From: a virus
Lineage: Duplodnaviria > Caudoviricetes
Strand: one strand, 5' to 3'
DNA length: 30,113 nt
IMG/VR virus record: IMGVR_UViG_3300032360_000035
Span: 1 to 30,113 of that record
This document shows, piece after piece, positions 1 to 9,700 of the stretch. Made by a program: the position numbers and the translations under genes. Position 1 is the first letter of the stretch. Each line of letters starts with the position of its first letter. The notes under the pieces were generated by a model. That model worked only from the letters and a program-made list of their open reading frames with translations, did no database searches and had not been told where the DNA came from.

Positions 1-1
1 G

Positions 2-178
2 CTCGGGCTCTCCCAGATTGGGAATGCCCGATTCTGAAACGTCTTTTCCAGAACCGTGTGCTAAAGAATCAATTTTAACTTTAACTACTTCATCAGGAAG
101 TTTATCTATAAACCGTTCTCTCTGCCCACCACCTTCTTCTAAGGGAAGTTCTTCTACCACTTTAACTCGCTTAGTCAT
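2..178 (-). CDS. Hypothetical protein, 3'-truncated at the window edge (MTKRVKVVEELPLEEGGGQRERFIDKLPDEVVKVK...)
   Basis: Not in the ORF track. ATG at 178-176 is preceded by an AGGAG RBS and overlaps the carbamoyltransferase stop (ATGACTAA). The frame is open to the window edge. Confidence 0.7.
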   Translation of the reverse strand, partial: MTKRVKVVEELPLEEGGGQRERFIDKLPDEVVKVKIDSLAHGSGKDVSESGIPNLGEPE

Positions 179-1964
179 TGTCTTTCTCCTTGTTTTTTAC
201 TTCAACTATTGTATTTATATCTGGGAGATACAAATATTCTATATCGCTATCTCGCAGGGTTCTAATAGCATCATCAATCGTTTCGACAAGTGGCTCACCA
301 CCAAGATTGAAAGATGTATTAAATATGATTGGTATGCCAGTTTCCTCATAAAATTTTTGAATCATTTCATAGTAGATTGGATTCTGGTGTTCTTTGACTG
401 TCTGTATTCTACAAGTTCCGTCTACGTGAATAATAGCAGGGATTTGTTCTGCGACACCTTCTTGACAGTACATAGCATACATCATATGAGGAGATTCTTC
501 CATACCTCTCATATCAAACCAATCGTGTGCGTGTTCGTGAAGAATTGACCCAGCGAACGGACGGAAGTATTCTCTATGTTTAACCGAGTTCACATAATCT
601 TTCCCGTCAAGCGTCCGCGGGTCATATAGGATAGAACGATTGCCCAAAGCCCTTGGACCAATCTCGCTCTGACCTTGGAACAACGATACGATGTTCCCCT
701 TCAAAATCAATTTAACAGCATCTTCCGTGTACTGGTTATTGTAAACACCAGAAGCATCATATTTTTTCGCAACTTTAATAACTTCTTCTTCAGTAGGTAT
801 CTGTGAGGGTCCTAGAAACAGAGATTCTCCAAATGGTCTTACTGTCTCATCTTTAGTTAGTGAATAGTGACATAGTAGTGCGGCCCCGATGGCGGTACCA
901 GCATCGCTTGAAACTGGCTCTACATAAAGATTTATACCTTCATCTTTTAGTTCGCCAAGATACCAATAGTTAGCGACACAATTAAGTCCATAACCACCAG
1001 AAAGAACAACATTCTTATTACCACTCATTTTAACTGCTTTACGAATTAAATCAAGAACCATTTGTTGTGATTCTTTCTGAACGGCAAATGCCATATCTCT
1101 ACGATTATCAAGTAATGTCACATCACCATCTTCTTTTTCTAAGCCAATATTTAATTTTTTATAACGACCAGCATTTACTAATGCTCCGTTTGGATATGTA
1201 GGAATAATTAAATTTCTGTCTGTGGTTTTCCAATCACTTCCACGTGGTGTTGAATATATGTTTGGAAAGTAATCTACTAATCCACCATATGGAAATAACC
1301 CCATAGTCTTGCCTGCTTCGATAGGTGACCAACCACAATATTGCGTTACGGCTTCGTATGCTTTTACGATGCCCGCAGAATCATCAATAATTAATTCGTG
1401 AGTGCCTTTCTCGCCCTCTCTTTCAGAACTATATTCTAGGTTGTGATAACTTGGAATGGGTCCTCTACTACCTTGATGTTTATAGAGAGTCTTGAAATTA
1501 TCTGGATAAGCACAATCAAATATTGATTCTAATTCCCAGACCATCACTTCTTCGTTATTCATTTGCATTGGAATAAATGTTCCAGCGCCATCTACAATAA
1601 CTGCAACGGCAGAAGAAAAACCAGACCTATAGAAAGAACAAGAGGCGTGCATCTTATGGTGCCATTTGTGCATATCTAATACTTGGTCTGGCTTTTCAAT
1701 CAGCCTTAATTTTCGTGCCAAGCCGGCATAAATAGTATCTCCACTATAATCTAGTCGGCTCTCATCTGGTTGTGTATGAGCAATTACTAGATAATCCAAC
1801 TTGTCTGTATAGTCAAGTATTTTAGTCATAGAGGCTAATGGGGCGCCATCGTATTTAAATCGACTCAATCGCTCTTCTTCTACAGAGAAAACGATTTCTC
1901 CATCTTTCAATAAACAAACGCCACCATTATGGCCTCTGGCTATACCTGCTATCCACTGGCTCAT
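171..1964 (-). CDS. Carbamoyltransferase, NodU/CmcH/TobZ family
   Basis: 597 aa. Kae1-like N-domain motifs: GHNGGVCLLKDG, EEERLSRFKYD, HHKMHA, VDGAG, EAGKTMGL, SGGYGLNCVAN, DAGTAIGAA. YrdC-like C-domain motifs: EIGPRALGNRSIL, VKHREYFRPFA, HVDGTCRIQTV, NTSFNLGGEPLVET. Confidence 0.95.
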   Translation of the reverse strand: MSQWIAGIARGHNGGVCLLKDGEIVFSVEEERLSRFKYDGAPLASMTKILDYTDKLDYLVIAHTQPDESRLDYSGDTIYAGLARKLRLIEKPDQVLDMHKWHHKMHASCSFYRSGFSSAVAVIVDGAGTFIPMQMNNEEVMVWELESIFDCAYPDNFKTLYKHQGSRGPIPSYHNLEYSSEREGEKGTHELIIDDSAGIVKAYEAVTQYCGWSPIEAGKTMGLFPYGGLVDYFPNIYSTPRGSDWKTTDRNLIIPTYPNGALVNAGRYKKLNIGLEKEDGDVTLLDNRRDMAFAVQKESQQMVLDLIRKAVKMSGNKNVVLSGGYGLNCVANYWYLGELKDEGINLYVEPVSSDAGTAIGAALLCHYSLTKDETVRPFGESLFLGPSQIPTEEEVIKVAKKYDASGVYNNQYTEDAVKLILKGNIVSLFQGQSEIGPRALGNRSILYDPRTLDGKDYVNSVKHREYFRPFAGSILHEHAHDWFDMRGMEESPHMMYAMYCQEGVAEQIPAIIHVDGTCRIQTVKEHQNPIYYEMIQKFYEETGIPIIFNTSFNLGGEPLVETIDDAIRTLRDSDIEYLYLPDINTIVEVKNKEKDND

Positions 1965-1967
1965 ATC

Positions 1968-3050
1968 TTATGTCTCCAATAAATTCGTTGTGTTGAAATC
2001 ATAGTTCGGTAAGTCTTTGGGTTTTTGTTCTTCTGTAGTTGTCGGTGCTGGTGTACCACAGGATTGGTTTGGTTGACTTGGCTCAAATTTGCCAGAGAAT
2101 GGTTTTGATTCTCCTAAGAATTCTACACAAGAGTCTACGACTCTCTTTTCTTCCATAGTTTCCAACATCATTATCTTATCATTACCCCTATCTATCTCAT
2201 CATCCATAGTTAGTCTGATAGGAGAATATTCTCTTCCCTTCTCGTGACCAAAATCTATGACATCAAAATCGTCATCATCAAGATAAGTGATATTGATAGG
2301 TACAGTAGAACCAACAACAACTGTCGCTGTTTTGCCTAATGCTTTAGCAATATGTTGTCCAACAGAATCGCAACCCAAGAAATGGTCCGCTGAATTAATC
2401 ATCGCAGCCCATAGTCGGAGATTGGGTTCTTTTGGAAATGCTATTGGATGTTTCTCGTTTTGAGGTACATTAAAAGGAATTTCACTCATTATAATTACTG
2501 CATACTTCTCACGGAGTATACCAATAATATTAGTAATGTTTCCAAGTTCAAAAGAGCGGGATGTACCATCTACGAGGTGTTCTCCCATTTTGGTGATAGT
2601 ACGGCCAAACGGCTGAATAATTATAGCCTTGTCTTTATTAACACCCGCTTTAATTTCTTGGATAGTTTGATATCCAGTAACAGTCTCCATTTTGTTTAAT
2701 GTGACAGTTGGTACTGGAAGTTCTCGTGGGTCCTCTAGACCATTGATTTCGATATCAAATGCTTGAGCAAGAGAACATTGTTGGTTGTAGTATTCGTTTA
2801 CACGATAGGGCTCAGGAGATACGGCATCTTTGTCTCTGATAGTTTCAAAGAGTCCTTTGTGCCATACTTCGTATGCGTGTTTATGGAGAACTGGATGTCC
2901 TCTGTAGAAATCCATTCCTGCTTCACAAACAATAACAAAGTCAGGGTCACCTGATTCTTCGTGATATTTTTCTAATGCAGGGATTGATGATAGCACACGA
3001 CCGGCACCACCATTTATAAAGAAAGCCTTTGAACGACTCGGTTTCATCAC
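1968..3050 (-). CDS. Glycosyltransferase-like protein (GT-B, GT9/heptosyltransferase-like)
   Basis: 360 aa. N-terminal FFINGGAGRV, central IIIQPFGR, C-terminal WAAMINSADHFLGCDSVGQHIAKALGK resembling the GT9 'GxDSGxxHxAxA' motif. GAGGTG RBS precedes GTG(3050)/ATG(3047). Confidence 0.7.
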   Translation of the reverse strand: MMKPSRSKAFFINGGAGRVLSSIPALEKYHEESGDPDFVIVCEAGMDFYRGHPVLHKHAYEVWHKGLFETIRDKDAVSPEPYRVNEYYNQQCSLAQAFDIEINGLEDPRELPVPTVTLNKMETVTGYQTIQEIKAGVNKDKAIIIQPFGRTITKMGEHLVDGTSRSFELGNITNIIGILREKYAVIIMSEIPFNVPQNEKHPIAFPKEPNLRLWAAMINSADHFLGCDSVGQHIAKALGKTATVVVGSTVPINITYLDDDDFDVIDFGHEKGREYSPIRLTMDDEIDRGNDKIMMLETMEEKRVVDSCVEFLGESKPFSGKFEPSQPNQSCGTPAPTTTEEQKPKDLPNYDFNTTNLLET

Positions 3051-3086
3051 TTCACCTCACTTGTTTAATTACCTAAAATTACGACT

Positions 3087-3115
3087 ATTATAACATAATC
3101 AGTACATCTTGTCAA
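3087..3115 (-). promoter_or_regulatory. Consensus sigma70-type (early) promoter for the GT/carbamoyltransferase unit
   Basis: Minus strand reads TTGACA (3115-3110), a 17-nt spacer ending in TGT (extended -10), then TATAAT (3092-3087). Confidence 0.85.
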
Positions 3116-3116
3116 G

Positions 3117-3124
3117 TATTTATA
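3117..3124 (-). promoter_or_regulatory. T4-type late promoter TATAAATA
   Basis: Exact TATAAATA on the minus strand in the intergenic region, just upstream of the -35 box. Confidence 0.7.
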
Positions 3125-3129
3125 CGCAA

Positions 3130-3158
3130 TAAAAAAGGGCTCCCACTAGGGAAGCCCT
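3130..3158 (-). terminator. Rho-independent terminator ending the tail-fibre operon
   Basis: Minus strand reads AGGGCTTCC-CTAGT-GGGAGCCCT followed by a T run, just downstream of the 3186 stop. Confidence 0.85.
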
Positions 3159-3185
3159 CAATATACTACTTAAAACTTCTTATTC

Positions 3186-3926
3186 TTACTCGTCAATACC
3201 ATCAATAGGTGTTAATTGTGCCATTGCATCGGCATCATCCGCTGTGCGGTCTGCCACCATAATGATATCGTGGTTCTCATCTTCGTTCCGAGCATACGGG
3301 TCATCATACTCTCCGTCTGGGTCAGTTGGCCATCTAACCATATGGTTAGGTACTGCGGACCAATCTGCAGGGATATCTCGTAATTTCTGACGATAAGCCA
3401 TCCATTTTGCTTTGACTTCTTCAGGCATATCTTCTGCGATTCTGGCATCGGACTGTTTCAGTCTACTGTTTCGTTCTTTACGAATGAAGTCATCATCTCT
3501 TCGGCGATAATCAGACCTAAACACTAGAGGTTTAGTATAGTCATCTATGATATCATTTTCTGAAAAGATTTGCCGTGGGTCCGAGGGGTCAGCAATGATA
3601 ATATTGTCCTCATCAACTGGTCCGACTCTAACTTCATAAAGTTTTCTCTCTGCAAAGCCACCGTAGAGAATTCCGATTTTAACCGTATTCTCGTCTGTGT
3701 CTGCTTTAAGTTCTTTGACTTCTAAATTTAATGGTACAGGACGGTCTGTATAGTCGTCTTTGTCCCAAGTCTGTTCAATATCTTGCGACTCTTTGTCAAT
3801 CCATAGGATGAGAGTAGAAGGGCCATCATAACTTTGCGTAGACGTTTTACCCATCGCTTTAGTCGGTGACAGCATCTCGAACTCGTCTGGTAAGTCGTAA
3901 GTTACGATTTTTTGTACGTGTGCCAT
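3186..3926 (-). CDS. Tail fibre assembly chaperone-like protein (Phage_tail_APC/Tfa-type C-terminal domain), copy 2
   Basis: IRKERNSRLKQSD...KWMAYRQKLRDIPADW...WP motif, AGGAG RBS, paralogous to 4927-5679. Confidence 0.8.
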   Translation of the reverse strand: MAHVQKIVTYDLPDEFEMLSPTKAMGKTSTQSYDGPSTLILWIDKESQDIEQTWDKDDYTDRPVPLNLEVKELKADTDENTVKIGILYGGFAERKLYEVRVGPVDEDNIIIADPSDPRQIFSENDIIDDYTKPLVFRSDYRRRDDDFIRKERNSRLKQSDARIAEDMPEEVKAKWMAYRQKLRDIPADWSAVPNHMVRWPTDPDGEYDDPYARNEDENHDIIMVADRTADDADAMAQLTPIDGIDE

Positions 3927-3952
3927 TTTATTCTATCTCCTAAATTTATTCA

Positions 3953-4927
3953 TTATTGGTAAGTCACTTTAACTAAGCCACCTGCGCCAAAACCACCTAC
4001 ACAAGGAGTTCCTGCACCTGTTCCGTAACCACCACCACCCCCACCAGGGAAGGCTGAATGAGTAGAACAACAAGCGTGATTACCAGTACACCAATGCTTA
4101 TTAACAGCAGTGCCTGATACTGCAAATGGTCCCGAAGGTCCACCGCTATATGAGTGCGTGTCTGAACAACAGTCATACTGTTTATCGTGTGAGCCATTAA
4201 TACCTCTGAAACACATATCTCCACCTTGCGTTGCTTCGTTACAGTTATGTGATACCCAACCTGCATTGTAGTTACCTTTATCGCACTGAAGATTTCCAAT
4301 GTGACAGTTATAACAAGAAGAGTTAACATCCCAAGATGTTGAACCACCGTGACCGCCAATCGCACAGAAGTTTGATAAGCCAGGTCCGTTTACATAAGAT
4401 GTACAACCGTGTCTACACGCTCTGTTACAAGTTGTGCAACAAGAACATTGTGAAGTACCACCGGAACATAATGTATAAGAAGATTCACTGCCAGGAGCAG
4501 AGTTAAAATGTCCTGCATCTAGACAGATTGTTTTTTCATTATAGTTACCACCAGCACCACCGTGACCTGAGTCATAATCGTGTCCGGCAGAGCCACCTGG
4601 GCCGCCACCAGATAGAATCTCAAATGTAATTATTTGAGTTCCTGCAGGTACAGTCCAATGTAAGCAACAACCACCATTAGTCACTGACCAATGATTTGTG
4701 TTGTAAATATAAAAGTGTTTTTGGGGTTCAGATGAAACTCCAGTATCAATCAAAGTCTGAATTTCTGACAATCCCGTCGAGACGGCCGAATCAATATTAG
4801 TTTCATTGGTTGCTTGAAATTCTGCAATTTCAGACTGTGTTTCATATACGTGATTTGCCATCAACTCTAACGCTTGGTTAGTGTTCTTGGCCATTTGGTT
4901 CATTTTACCAAGTGTTAAGATATCCAT
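3953..4927 (-). CDS. Cys/Gly-rich tail fibre adhesin-like protein, copy 2
   Basis: 324 aa with 22 Cys. WTVPAGTQIITFEILSGGGPGG and C-terminal GGGGGG...GAGGLVKVTY are typical of phage glycine-rich fibre-tip domains. The start overlaps the upstream stop (TAATG), and a chaperone gene follows. Confidence 0.65.
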   Translation of the reverse strand: MDILTLGKMNQMAKNTNQALELMANHVYETQSEIAEFQATNETNIDSAVSTGLSEIQTLIDTGVSSEPQKHFYIYNTNHWSVTNGGCCLHWTVPAGTQIITFEILSGGGPGGSAGHDYDSGHGGAGGNYNEKTICLDAGHFNSAPGSESSYTLCSGGTSQCSCCTTCNRACRHGCTSYVNGPGLSNFCAIGGHGGSTSWDVNSSCYNCHIGNLQCDKGNYNAGWVSHNCNEATQGGDMCFRGINGSHDKQYDCCSDTHSYSGGPSGPFAVSGTAVNKHWCTGNHACCSTHSAFPGGGGGGYGTGAGTPCVGGFGAGGLVKVTYQ

Positions 4928-5679
4928 TAGTTGTTCTCCTCTTCAGCCGCTCTCGCCGCATTATTTTTTACATCTTCGGGAGATTCTGGACGTGGTATAG
5001 TATGCAATTCTGCACCGGCGTAAGTCTGAGGAATGTCCCTCAATAGTTGCCGATACTCTTCCCAAGCAGTCTTTTCATCACCGTCTGGTAAAAGTGTTTT
5101 GATATCAGTATCTTCGAGGTCTCTGTTTCTATTTGCACGAATTTCATCCCAAGATTCGGGCATACCGAAGTCTTTAGGCTTACGTAATACTAAGTCCCAC
5201 TCTTCTGTATCGAAATTCCAAGTGCATTCTTGTGGATTCCATACGTGGTCAGGTGGAATTTTATCGTCTCGAGGACGCTCGTAATAAACAGTTCCGTCAG
5301 GAAGTTTATCTTGTATTTGGGGAAGATTTTCATAAGAACCTGTGTCATCGCCTACAGTGTGACAATCAGTCCATATGGCACAAAGATGTGGATTCGTGTT
5401 GCAATCGATTTTGATTCGAGCCGAATCAAGAGGCACTGGAAGTGCTTCGATTGCCGCGGTCATATCGTCATCCTCGCCTTCGATATCACCATCATCGTGA
5501 TAATTCGTTTTTATGGGATTGGTATTCCATTTCCCTTTGTTATCTCCGTCTTTGTATACTTGCACCCAGATTGTGTCAGGCCCTAGATAAGACAACGTAG
5601 CAGTATTACCGGCCGCCGTACTCTGGGATAGATACTTATCCGGCACTGGATACGTCATTTCAATATTCAATTTAGCCAT
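4927..5679 (-). CDS. Tail fibre assembly chaperone-like protein, copy 1
   Basis: WDEIRANRNRDLEDTD...WEEYRQLLRDIPQTY motif, AGGAG RBS. Confidence 0.8.
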   Translation of the reverse strand: MAKLNIEMTYPVPDKYLSQSTAAGNTATLSYLGPDTIWVQVYKDGDNKGKWNTNPIKTNYHDDGDIEGEDDDMTAAIEALPVPLDSARIKIDCNTNPHLCAIWTDCHTVGDDTGSYENLPQIQDKLPDGTVYYERPRDDKIPPDHVWNPQECTWNFDTEEWDLVLRKPKDFGMPESWDEIRANRNRDLEDTDIKTLLPDGDEKTAWEEYRQLLRDIPQTYAGAELHTIPRPESPEDVKNNAARAAEEENN

Positions 5680-5714
5680 TTTTAATATATCTCCTAATTA
5701 ACTTTTAATTTGTC

Positions 5715-6629
5715 TTATTTCCAATATGTGACAACTACTGCGCCACCACCACCGGCTTTTGAGCAACAACAACTACCCGAAGTCATTCCGCTATACCCGC
5801 CAACACCAGGTGAGGCAGGTGAACCACCGGAGTGCATACCAAAAGTACACGCATCTGGGGAATGTGCATCGCCAGTTCCAAGAGGTCCTGGGGAACCTGA
5901 AGCAACTTGCCACAGACCACCCGCACAATAATGATTACTATGTAACCAAGATGAACGTCCCGGTTGACCATAATCCCCACCGTAAACGTGGGCACAACCG
6001 AAACAAGTATGACAACAAGTGTAACAGTTAAAACTTCTACATTGATGCTGACCTTGGTGCCCGCCAATCGCACAGAAGTTTGAAAGACCAGGACCAGTAA
6101 CGTAACTCGTATGTCCTCTGCCTATGCTACTACCAGGATAGCAACAGCCTGTTCCTGCTGAACATATTGAATATACTGAAGAACCGGCAGTAAAATGGCC
6201 ATCTTCTTCGTTTAAGTGTTTTACTATATAACCACCTGCACCACCAGGAATTCCAACCATCATACAGCAACAAGCACCCCAACCTGAGGCCCCTCCGCCG
6301 TACATTTCAAATTTTATTCCTTTTACATCTGCTGGAACTGTCCAGTTGCATTGATGTCCGCCATAGTTTATTCCTTCTTGACCAGTCTGTCCGCTGTTAT
6401 GATTACAACCAACATACAATACGTATTGTGGCCCACTACCGCCACCGCCTCCGGCAGCCTCTAAGTCTAGGATTCCTTGGGCAACACACGATTCAATCGT
6501 TGTAATGTTTCCTTCTTGGAAATCGCAAACGTCTTTTAGGGCAGAGAATGTCGCATTGGCTAGATATTCCAAGGTTTGGTCGACATCTTTCGCCATTTGG
6601 TTCATCTTACCAAGTGTTAAAATATCCAT
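5715..6629 (-). CDS. Cys/Gly-rich tail fibre adhesin-like protein, copy 1
   Basis: 304 aa with 22 Cys. WTVPADVKGIKFEMYGGGASG...GGGGAVVVTYWK. The N-terminal 14 aa are identical to those of 3953-4927. Confidence 0.65.
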   Translation of the reverse strand: MDILTLGKMNQMAKDVDQTLEYLANATFSALKDVCDFQEGNITTIESCVAQGILDLEAAGGGGGSGPQYVLYVGCNHNSGQTGQEGINYGGHQCNWTVPADVKGIKFEMYGGGASGWGACCCMMVGIPGGAGGYIVKHLNEEDGHFTAGSSVYSICSAGTGCCYPGSSIGRGHTSYVTGPGLSNFCAIGGHQGQHQCRSFNCYTCCHTCFGCAHVYGGDYGQPGRSSWLHSNHYCAGGLWQVASGSPGPLGTGDAHSPDACTFGMHSGGSPASPGVGGYSGMTSGSCCCSKAGGGGAVVVTYWK

Positions 6630-6664
6630 AGTTGTATTTTCTCCAGTTCTTTAATATTCAATTC

Positions 6665-6672
6665 TATTTATA
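6665..6672 (-). promoter_or_regulatory. T4-type late promoter TATAAATA
   Basis: Exact motif in an AT-rich intergenic gap, about 35 nt upstream of the 6629 start. Confidence 0.75.
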
Positions 6673-6705
6673 ATACAGAATTATTTTATATAAATTTATC
6701 TAACC

Positions 6706-9700
6706 TTACACATCCCAAACATCTTTGAGAGTTATGATGCCTCGCATATTTTCGAGGTTACCATCATATCGGCTAGACGTATATAGCAATGACGCAGGAG
6801 TACCCAATGTCCAAGACATCGTTTTGAATGACCAAGAGTCGTTCAAAGTATGTCCATTTGGATTCTCAAATTGAATCATTATACCGTTTTTGTAGTTAGT
6901 ACCTGCGGCATTATTAGCAGAGAAAGGAGAACCGTTGGTATTTCCCTCTGGGCCATATAGTGCTAAATCAGTATTAACATTATTAATTGATGCTCCAGTG
7001 TATATGACTGGTCCAGCAACTAACACAACTGGTGTTTTGTATGCTGTACCTGGATTAGTCATCTCAACATCAGAGATGTTACCCGCAACACCTAGCGTAG
7101 CAGTGCCTTCAGCACCGTAACCAGTAGGTTCTGCGTGTTCATCGATGACCATAACCCTAGTATATCCTGGCTCATAGTCTTGCCAATCTTCGACAATCGT
7201 AACTGCTCCGATACCGTTGTTTAAACCAACTGTACCAACAAAGCCATTACCAACTGTCGGTCCGCCGTAGAGATTAGAGCCTAGTAATCCGCCACCATCT
7301 TGAACGAGAAGATATGGTTCATTATAATTCTCGCCTCTTGCAGTAAAGTTAACTGCGGTAACTACATTATTTTGGTCTGCTTCTAAAGTCGCACCATTAC
7401 CTGTTTCCGCTGGGTCATTAATAACGAATGTTATATCGGTATAATTTGAACCACCGTCAACTACAGTCACTCCAGTCATTTCACCGACAGTCGTCCAAGT
7501 TTCAGTGGCAGCCAAACAAGTTGTCTCGTCTAGATACTGTGAGTCTGAACAAACTGCTTCAGTCGTAAGTACTGGTCTCAAGATTGCTCCTGAACCAAAT
7601 GAAGTTCCGATAATGTTTGCGTGTGGCTCATCCCAAATTGGGTAGCCCGTGTTATCTATTGCTATAACCTGTGTGTCGGATGAATAGCCAGTGCCCGGCG
7701 CAGTCACATTAACTACCGCAATACTACGGTCTGTAACTATGTCAGCATAAGCACCTTCACCAGGACCAGATACATCAATAATTCTTACAGTATCGCCTGA
7801 AACATAACCTTGTCCAGGTCTGTCTACAGCAATGTTAAGAATATTTCCGTTTGAGTCTACTGTCGCAAGCCCTCTAACTCCACCACCCGTTGTAGTTACC
7901 ATATCAACATAGACAGAATTATCTCGCACCCAAAGAGTAGCGGTTGTGCCTACATTGTTATCATCATAGAGGTCGTACTTGTCTGTAATCTCTGTTTCTT
8001 TGGTAATAACATAAGTGAATGTTGCGTTCTGAGGAATATCTCCTGAGTCGAACATACCATCTGTATGTGTAACAGTATGAGGCTGAATGTCAAGATTCTG
8101 GAAGGTGACGGTATCGCCAACATTCGCAGAAATCGTTGATGGGCTAAATGCGTTATTCTGAATTATAACTGCAACTGTTTTAGCAGTCGTATCAGTATAT
8201 CCTGTACCAGCATTTGATACAGAGAATCCCGCTATTCCACCGTCAACTAAGTCCATAGTTACTGTCCCAACTACTGAAGGAGCACCACCGGAAATCGCAA
8301 TTGTGTCTGCGACTACATAGTCGGCTCCACCATTTGTAACAGTAACATAGTCAAGTTCGCCAGTTTCAGTCAGATAGACATCGCCATCTGCCAGTCCACC
8401 AGTTGAAGTTGTAACTGAAAGGGTTATTAAAGGATTAACTTCGTGCGTTGCAACACCAATTGGATGATTGTGAGCACCTGAAGTAGAAACATAATAGAAT
8501 GAGTTATTGAAATCATTCCATCCGACTACTTGGTCGTGAGTATGGCCAGCATCTACAGTCGTAGAAGTAACTTGGCCACCACCTTTTATCACATTAACTT
8601 CTGTTTGTGTTAATTGAATTGTATGCGTATGACCTGTTCCGCCATCTTCTACCATAACTTCCCAATATCCAGTATAACCAGCGCCTGGGGCACCCATATC
8701 AACAGTAATAGTATCAACCATTCCGTTTTTAAGAGTATGAGTCGCTATTGCCTTCGTTTCAGAAGAACCAGTAACATCTACAGCACCCAAATCAAACGCT
8801 CTAGCGGCCGCGTTCATAGAGAACTTGGTTCCACCAGATGTAATCGTTACATCTGAAACACCATCATCATAGATAGCGTTAAGTATAGCACCAGTGCCTT
8901 GCTTGCCATTTGCATCAATTGTGTATGCGTAAGAATCAATGAAACCTGAGTCATCATTGATATAAACTTTGTAAATCAGTCCGTCAGAAAGAGAACCGAC
9001 ATAAGATTCGCCTGCTATACCATATTCATAAGTACGTGAGAAGTCATCGAGAAGTGCGACAATAGAGTCAACATACTCTTCGCATTTAGTTGGCGTATCG
9101 TGGTCACCGCCGGATGAGTCTACGTCACTTGCGTGAAAACTTGCAGGAACACCCCAACCAGTTACTGCGGATGTCATATCGTGACAATAACTTGCATTGG
9201 GTTTAAATAAAACTGTATCGTAATCTTCTGCATATTGACCGACAACCCCACCATTATAAATTGTAGTGCCGTCTATTTCAGTAATTTTAATATAATCGCC
9301 CGCATCAATATTTCCGAACATAATCGCGGCATCAACACCACGTCTTAGTATAAGTTCTGGATTGTCTACGTCAGGAACTGAAGTATTATTTAAAATAGTT
9401 AGTTCGACTGCAGGGTCGCCATTTACTTCGTGACCACTGACTCTGAATGAGTGTACTCCACCACCTGAAGTATTCTTAAAGGCATCATATGCTTTAATTT
9501 TTGCGACTGAAGTTGAACCAGTAGATGCTTCATTTTCTAATTTCAAATGTTGAACGAAAGGTCGAGGCTCACCTACAATTTGCATTGTCTCACCAAAAGA
9601 CATAATCGCTCCAGTAGATGGATGATAACTAATGTGATGAGTAGTGTTAGAGCCTTCTTCAGCGAAAGTAATATTGCCTTCTGAATTGTACATATAATCA

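Noticed and set aside
4301-4315. CYNCH matches the c-type heme-binding motif CXXCH
   Set aside because: The protein has no signal peptide, the paralog has CYTCCH instead, and a chance match is likely in a 22-Cys protein.
4353-6083. Repeats between the adhesin paralogs as a DGR template/variable pair or an invertible shufflon
   Set aside because: The repeats are short, direct and coding. Differences are synonymous rather than adenine-specific, and there is no reverse transcriptase or invertase in the window.
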